Positions 7,248 through 10,583 of a DNA stretch of 10,583 bases are shown here, one piece after another (positions within the stretch are counted from its first letter, which is position 1; every line of letters starts with the position of its first letter). A model generated the notes under the pieces. The model was not told the origin of the DNA. It was given only the letters and a program-made list of their open reading frames with translations, and did no database searches. The translations under genes and the position numbers were made by a program. This DNA is from Candidatus Hydrothermarchaeota archaeon (lineage in GTDB: Archaea; CAYFZR01): NCBI GenBank assembly GCA_046760505.1, contig JBHIEG010000042.1:1-10583 (forward strand), given 5' to 3'.

Positions 7248-8012
7248 CTAGTGCGAGAAAAGAATCATGTGCGAAACGTCGTAAAAGACCCCTGATAAAT
7301 CATTCAATGCATTCTGCAGATCTCTAGCACTGATCGTTATTTCTTCAGGCTCAAGAATCTCCATCGCAACCGGGTTCCCCTTCAGAATAAGATTTATTAA
7401 AGATGTAAAAGAGGTGGAAAAGAGCCTGACTCCAATAAGACCCTCAAATCCATGGCTTTCTTTAGTTTTAATGGTTTCTACTCTTTCAATTATTAAATCA
7501 GGATCTTGAATTAGAAGTAAAAGATTTTTTTTCAATTCTTCCTCGTCCTTTCCTTTCGCCTCAAATGCGAACTTCATTAAAATCGCTTGTTCTTTTCTCA
7601 TTTCATCCAACTCAAACTCATCTAATTCACGTACTTCAGGCAAATCTTCCAAATCAACCTGAAATGTAACTTTAAATTTATCGTATAGCATTCTAACGTA
7701 GTAAGATATAGCGGATAGTACCTCCAAAAACTCTTTTTTTGTCAGTTTTATCTGTAATGGAGAGATTATTTCTATTGCTGAAGGGGCATAACGCATTGTT
7801 GCCTTTGATAAGGTAATAAGGTCTTTTGCAAGAAAAGATACCTCAAAAAATCCTGAATAAGTTTCATTATCCTTGATTATTTCGTCAACATTAAGTTCTT
7901 TTACTTCTAAATCTTTTTGTTCTCTTATTTTCTTTATCAAGGTTTCCATACTAATCTCTAACAGCTCTCGGTCGTTACTTTGAGTCTCTATTAACATATG
8001 AGCCTCAATCAA
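7248..8012 (-). CDS. Archaeal hypothetical protein with an internal domain duplication
   Basis: 254 aa acidic protein. The two halves align (MRYAPSAIEIISPLQIKL..KEF vs LKGNPVAMEILEPEEITI..RDL). TTG start after AGGAG. Confidence 0.85.
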   Translation of the reverse strand: MIEAHMLIETQSNDRELLEISMETLIKKIREQKDLEVKELNVDEIIKDNETYSGFFEVSFLAKDLITLSKATMRYAPSAIEIISPLQIKLTKKEFLEVLSAISYYVRMLYDKFKVTFQVDLEDLPEVRELDEFELDEMRKEQAILMKFAFEAKGKDEEELKKNLLLLIQDPDLIIERVETIKTKESHGFEGLIGVRLFSTSFTSLINLILKGNPVAMEILEPEEITISARDLQNALNDLSGVFYDVSHMILFSH

Positions 8013-8016
8013 TTTT

Positions 8017-9180
8017 CTAACTCCTTATCCTTCTGAAAATGCTGAAAACTAGCATGCTTCCTAGTATTAATCCGATTCCACCTTTCCATATCTTTGTCTT
8101 TATAGATAATTCATCTAATTCTTTCTTTTTTTGCATTATTTTGGTTTGGTATACTTCGTACCAGTCCCTATACAGTCTAGTATCGTTTTTGTAATAATCT
8201 GCCAGTCTTTTTTTATCTTTTGCTCTTTTCATCTCCTCATACATCTCTTTTTGTTTACTCTCAACTTGCTGGGAATAATAGTATATGTCTTTTTGAAGTT
8301 GTGTCAATCTTGACTCGTAAAATCCCTGTTTAACATTTTCACTCGTATCTATAGTGGTTTTAGCCCACGAAATAGCCTTTACGTAGTCTTCTTCTTCAAA
8401 AGCATTCCAGGCAACGGAGAGTTGATACTCTGCCCTCGCAAGCTTTTCGCTAACATCGCTCACGTCTTCACCTTCTTTTTTTGCCCTTTCTATCGACTGT
8501 TTAAGTGCCCATATAACTCCACTGGCTTCATCTATTCTACTTTTGGCATAAATCCTCTCATTCTCTATCAATGTACTGTATGCCTCTTCAGCAAGGGAAT
8601 TAGCCTTCTGATATTCTCTTGCGGCATTGACTAGGTCATCTCTTTCAAAAAAAGTTTCTGCTGCCAAAAATACATCCCTTGCTGATGCCAACAACTCCCT
8701 TGGTTTAGAAGTACTCATTCCGATGGATCTTACATTCAAAATCTCTTCGTCCACTCTCTCAATATTTGTTTTCGCAAGATCCCTTAGAAAGATTACCCCT
8801 TCTGAAGATACCTCAACCTCGCTCGGGAGTGATATTGGTATTCCGCCTGCCTCTAATTCTTCTTGGACCACACGGAACAAGTTCGCTTTTATCTCCTGAT
8901 ACTTTACCAGGGCGATGTGCTCGTCAACAACGATGTGTGGGAGAAATTCTACGTTGTATTTATCTATAAAAGGTCTGCTCGTTGGATCCCTTGTGTTGTA
9001 CTTTTTTATCACCACATTGTCGCCATATCTACTCTTAATCTCCTCAAGCATTGGTTCAACAAGTTTACAGGCGCCGCAGTCTTCATTCCAGAAATATTCC
9101 AGTAAAACTGCTTGGTGGCTGCAGACTGGACAAAAAAATAACAGCATTAAAATCAAGAGAAGAATTTTTAACTTAATCAT
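8017..9180 (-). CDS. Exported thioredoxin-fold protein with helical-bundle repeats, coiled coil and C-terminal membrane anchor
   Basis: Signal peptide, then LEYFWNEDCGACKLVEP (CxxC) and FLPHIVV (cis-Pro-like loop). Helical repeats (FERDDLVNA / FEEEDYVKA), coiled coil, and TM GGIGLILGSMLVFSIF followed by RRIRS. ATGA overlap with the upstream gene. Confidence 0.85.
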   Translation of the reverse strand: MIKLKILLLILMLLFFCPVCSHQAVLLEYFWNEDCGACKLVEPMLEEIKSRYGDNVVIKKYNTRDPTSRPFIDKYNVEFLPHIVVDEHIALVKYQEIKANLFRVVQEELEAGGIPISLPSEVEVSSEGVIFLRDLAKTNIERVDEEILNVRSIGMSTSKPRELLASARDVFLAAETFFERDDLVNAAREYQKANSLAEEAYSTLIENERIYAKSRIDEASGVIWALKQSIERAKKEGEDVSDVSEKLARAEYQLSVAWNAFEEEDYVKAISWAKTTIDTSENVKQGFYESRLTQLQKDIYYYSQQVESKQKEMYEEMKRAKDKKRLADYYKNDTRLYRDWYEVYQTKIMQKKKELDELSIKTKIWKGGIGLILGSMLVFSIFRRIRS

Positions 9181-9974
9181 CTGAGACCGAGCCTCTTTTT
9201 TCTTTTGTTGGATCTTCTCAGACCGTTTTTTAATCCAGCTGCTATTACAATCGAACCGATCAATATACTGAATACGAGTCTGATGTATCCGTTATTTCTT
9301 TTTGCTTCATTTACTTTTTCATACAAAAGTTCGAATTCTTTTCTCTTTTCAAAGTATTTATCTTTGTATATTTGGGCTTGTTTTTCCCAGTATTTTGCTT
9401 CTTCTTCATATTTCTCTTTTTTCTCTTTCCATTCTTTAGTTTGTTTCTCATAAAGCGATAGGGTCGCCTTTAATTTATTCAGCTGGGATTGAGTTTCCCG
9501 AATTCTTTTCTCCTCAGAAGTGTACTCTTCCGTGTTGATCTTTATTACCTTCGAGAATTCAATACTTTCAAACACGTTTGGTTCTATGGGGCAGTATTCT
9601 TCGGTGCACTTTATCCATCCATAATCTATGGTGAAACTCATCTCTGTTTTATTTGAGGCAGGCTCTATGTTTGAACCGATTGAGAACTGGTACTTTTTGT
9701 ACTCTCCCGGATTTATTTCTCCTATCTCCCCTTTTATTGTGCTCGTACTTGTAGACAAAAAATAGAGGTTAGAATTAGATAATTTTCCATTCACTACAAC
9801 ATTAAAGGCTGTTCCATTGAGAGCATCGTTTCTGATAATCAATGCATAGATCTCTGTTCCACCGGATGTGATTTCTTCAGGACCTTGAATACTTACATGC
9901 AAATCCGGCGGACCATTTCCTGCTAGAGAGGGTATAATCAACAAGCCTATGATAAATAGTAGGGCTTTCCTCAT
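9177..9974 (-). CDS. Exported Ig-like/CARDB-like domain protein with coiled coil and C-terminal membrane anchor (265 aa; start revised to ATG 9974)
   Basis: GAGGTG ribosome-binding site (9979-9984) precedes ATG 9974. Signal peptide MRKALLFIIGLLIIPSLA, beta-sandwich motifs (PDLHVSI, IRND..GTAFNVVV, IGEINPGE), coiled coil, TM segment and basic tail. Confidence 0.82.
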   Translation of the reverse strand: MRKALLFIIGLLIIPSLAGNGPPDLHVSIQGPEEITSGGTEIYALIIRNDALNGTAFNVVVNGKLSNSNLYFLSTSTSTIKGEIGEINPGEYKKYQFSIGSNIEPASNKTEMSFTIDYGWIKCTEEYCPIEPNVFESIEFSKVIKINTEEYTSEEKRIRETQSQLNKLKATLSLYEKQTKEWKEKKEKYEEEAKYWEKQAQIYKDKYFEKRKEFELLYEKVNEAKRNNGYIRLVFSILIGSIVIAAGLKNGLRRSNKRKKRLGLR

Positions 9975-10067
9975 TTTGCACCTCAAAACAGTTTTATCGC
10001 TTTGTAATTTTACCTATTGCTTTCTTCCATTAAAGCGTTAAGAGTTATAGGAGACCTGGTTGAGACA

Positions 10068-10583
10068 TCAATGGTATTTAACGGTTATTGTATTTCTGCC
10101 CTTTGTCAAGTCTGATACCAATATAAGTTTTCTCTCATTATCTCCGTATTCAAGCCTATATGTCTTAGCCCCACCTACTTCCTCTATGAAATTTGTAGTT
10201 GGAGGCATTTCGACCTCAATCGTTGCCCCGTTTATGTAATCTTGCGCCGTTACTACTATTTGAAGAGTGTTATTTTCTATATGGGAATGTACTATATCTA
10301 TGTTTTCCCTGTGTTTCCACCAGTTGTAGAGTTCATAGTAGGTTGCATCCCAGACATATGGCTTGGTCTTTAAATGATTTAAAATTGAATTGAGTTTCCA
10401 CGGGTATTTGCCACTTCCCTCCGTAGTAAGCCAGAGGGATATGACTCCACTTTTTTCGTATTTGTCATCTATCTGATTGTTTAAGAACTCCACTCCCTTT
10501 TCAGCCCTATAATTTGAGAATGCATAGGAATCTTTGTCTATCGTCTGGGGTATAAACAGCGGACCGTATAGATAGAATGGCAT
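10068..10583 (-). CDS. C-terminal part of a probable polysaccharide deacetylase-like protein (5' end outside the window)
   Basis: The reading frame is open to the window edge. GVISLW...YVWDATYYELYNWWKHR resembles the end of NodB-type barrels and is followed by a beta-rich domain. Catalytic motifs are not visible. Confidence 0.55.
   Translation of the reverse strand: MPFYLYGPLFIPQTIDKDSYAFSNYRAEKGVEFLNNQIDDKYEKSGVISLWLTTEGSGKYPWKLNSILNHLKTKPYVWDATYYELYNWWKHRENIDIVHSHIENNTLQIVVTAQDYINGATIEVEMPPTTNFIEEVGGAKTYRLEYGDNERKLILVSDLTKGRNTITVKYH

Noticed and set aside
5938-9453. Plus-strand ORFs opposite the antiporter, CBS and surface-protein genes
   Set aside because: Antisense shadow ORFs overlapping well-supported minus-strand genes.

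Overview
Archaeal chromosomal window, euryarchaeal-like, with AT-rich coding DNA and a roughly 59% GC 16S fragment (hand count over nt 1-720). From left to right: the 5' half of a 16S rRNA gene (minus strand) with its structured leader and promoter; a divergent tRNA-His(GUG); and a minus-strand type IV pilus/type II secretion-like operon. That operon has a 50-aa coiled-coil ORF missing from the ORF track, a VirB11/TadA-like ATPase with a Cys-rich N-terminus, and a TadB/C-like membrane platform protein. Divergent from it are a candidate structured RNA element and a pilin-like gene that lacks a class III leader. The rest is a minus-strand run: a truncated polysaccharide-deacetylase-like protein, two membrane-anchored surface proteins sharing a Tyr-heptad coiled-coil stalk (one with a CxxC thioredoxin head), an internally duplicated hypothetical protein, a CBS-pair protein and a CPA2 cation:proton antiporter. 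No mobile element or CRISPR array was seen. All calls come from reading the sequence; no database searches were run.
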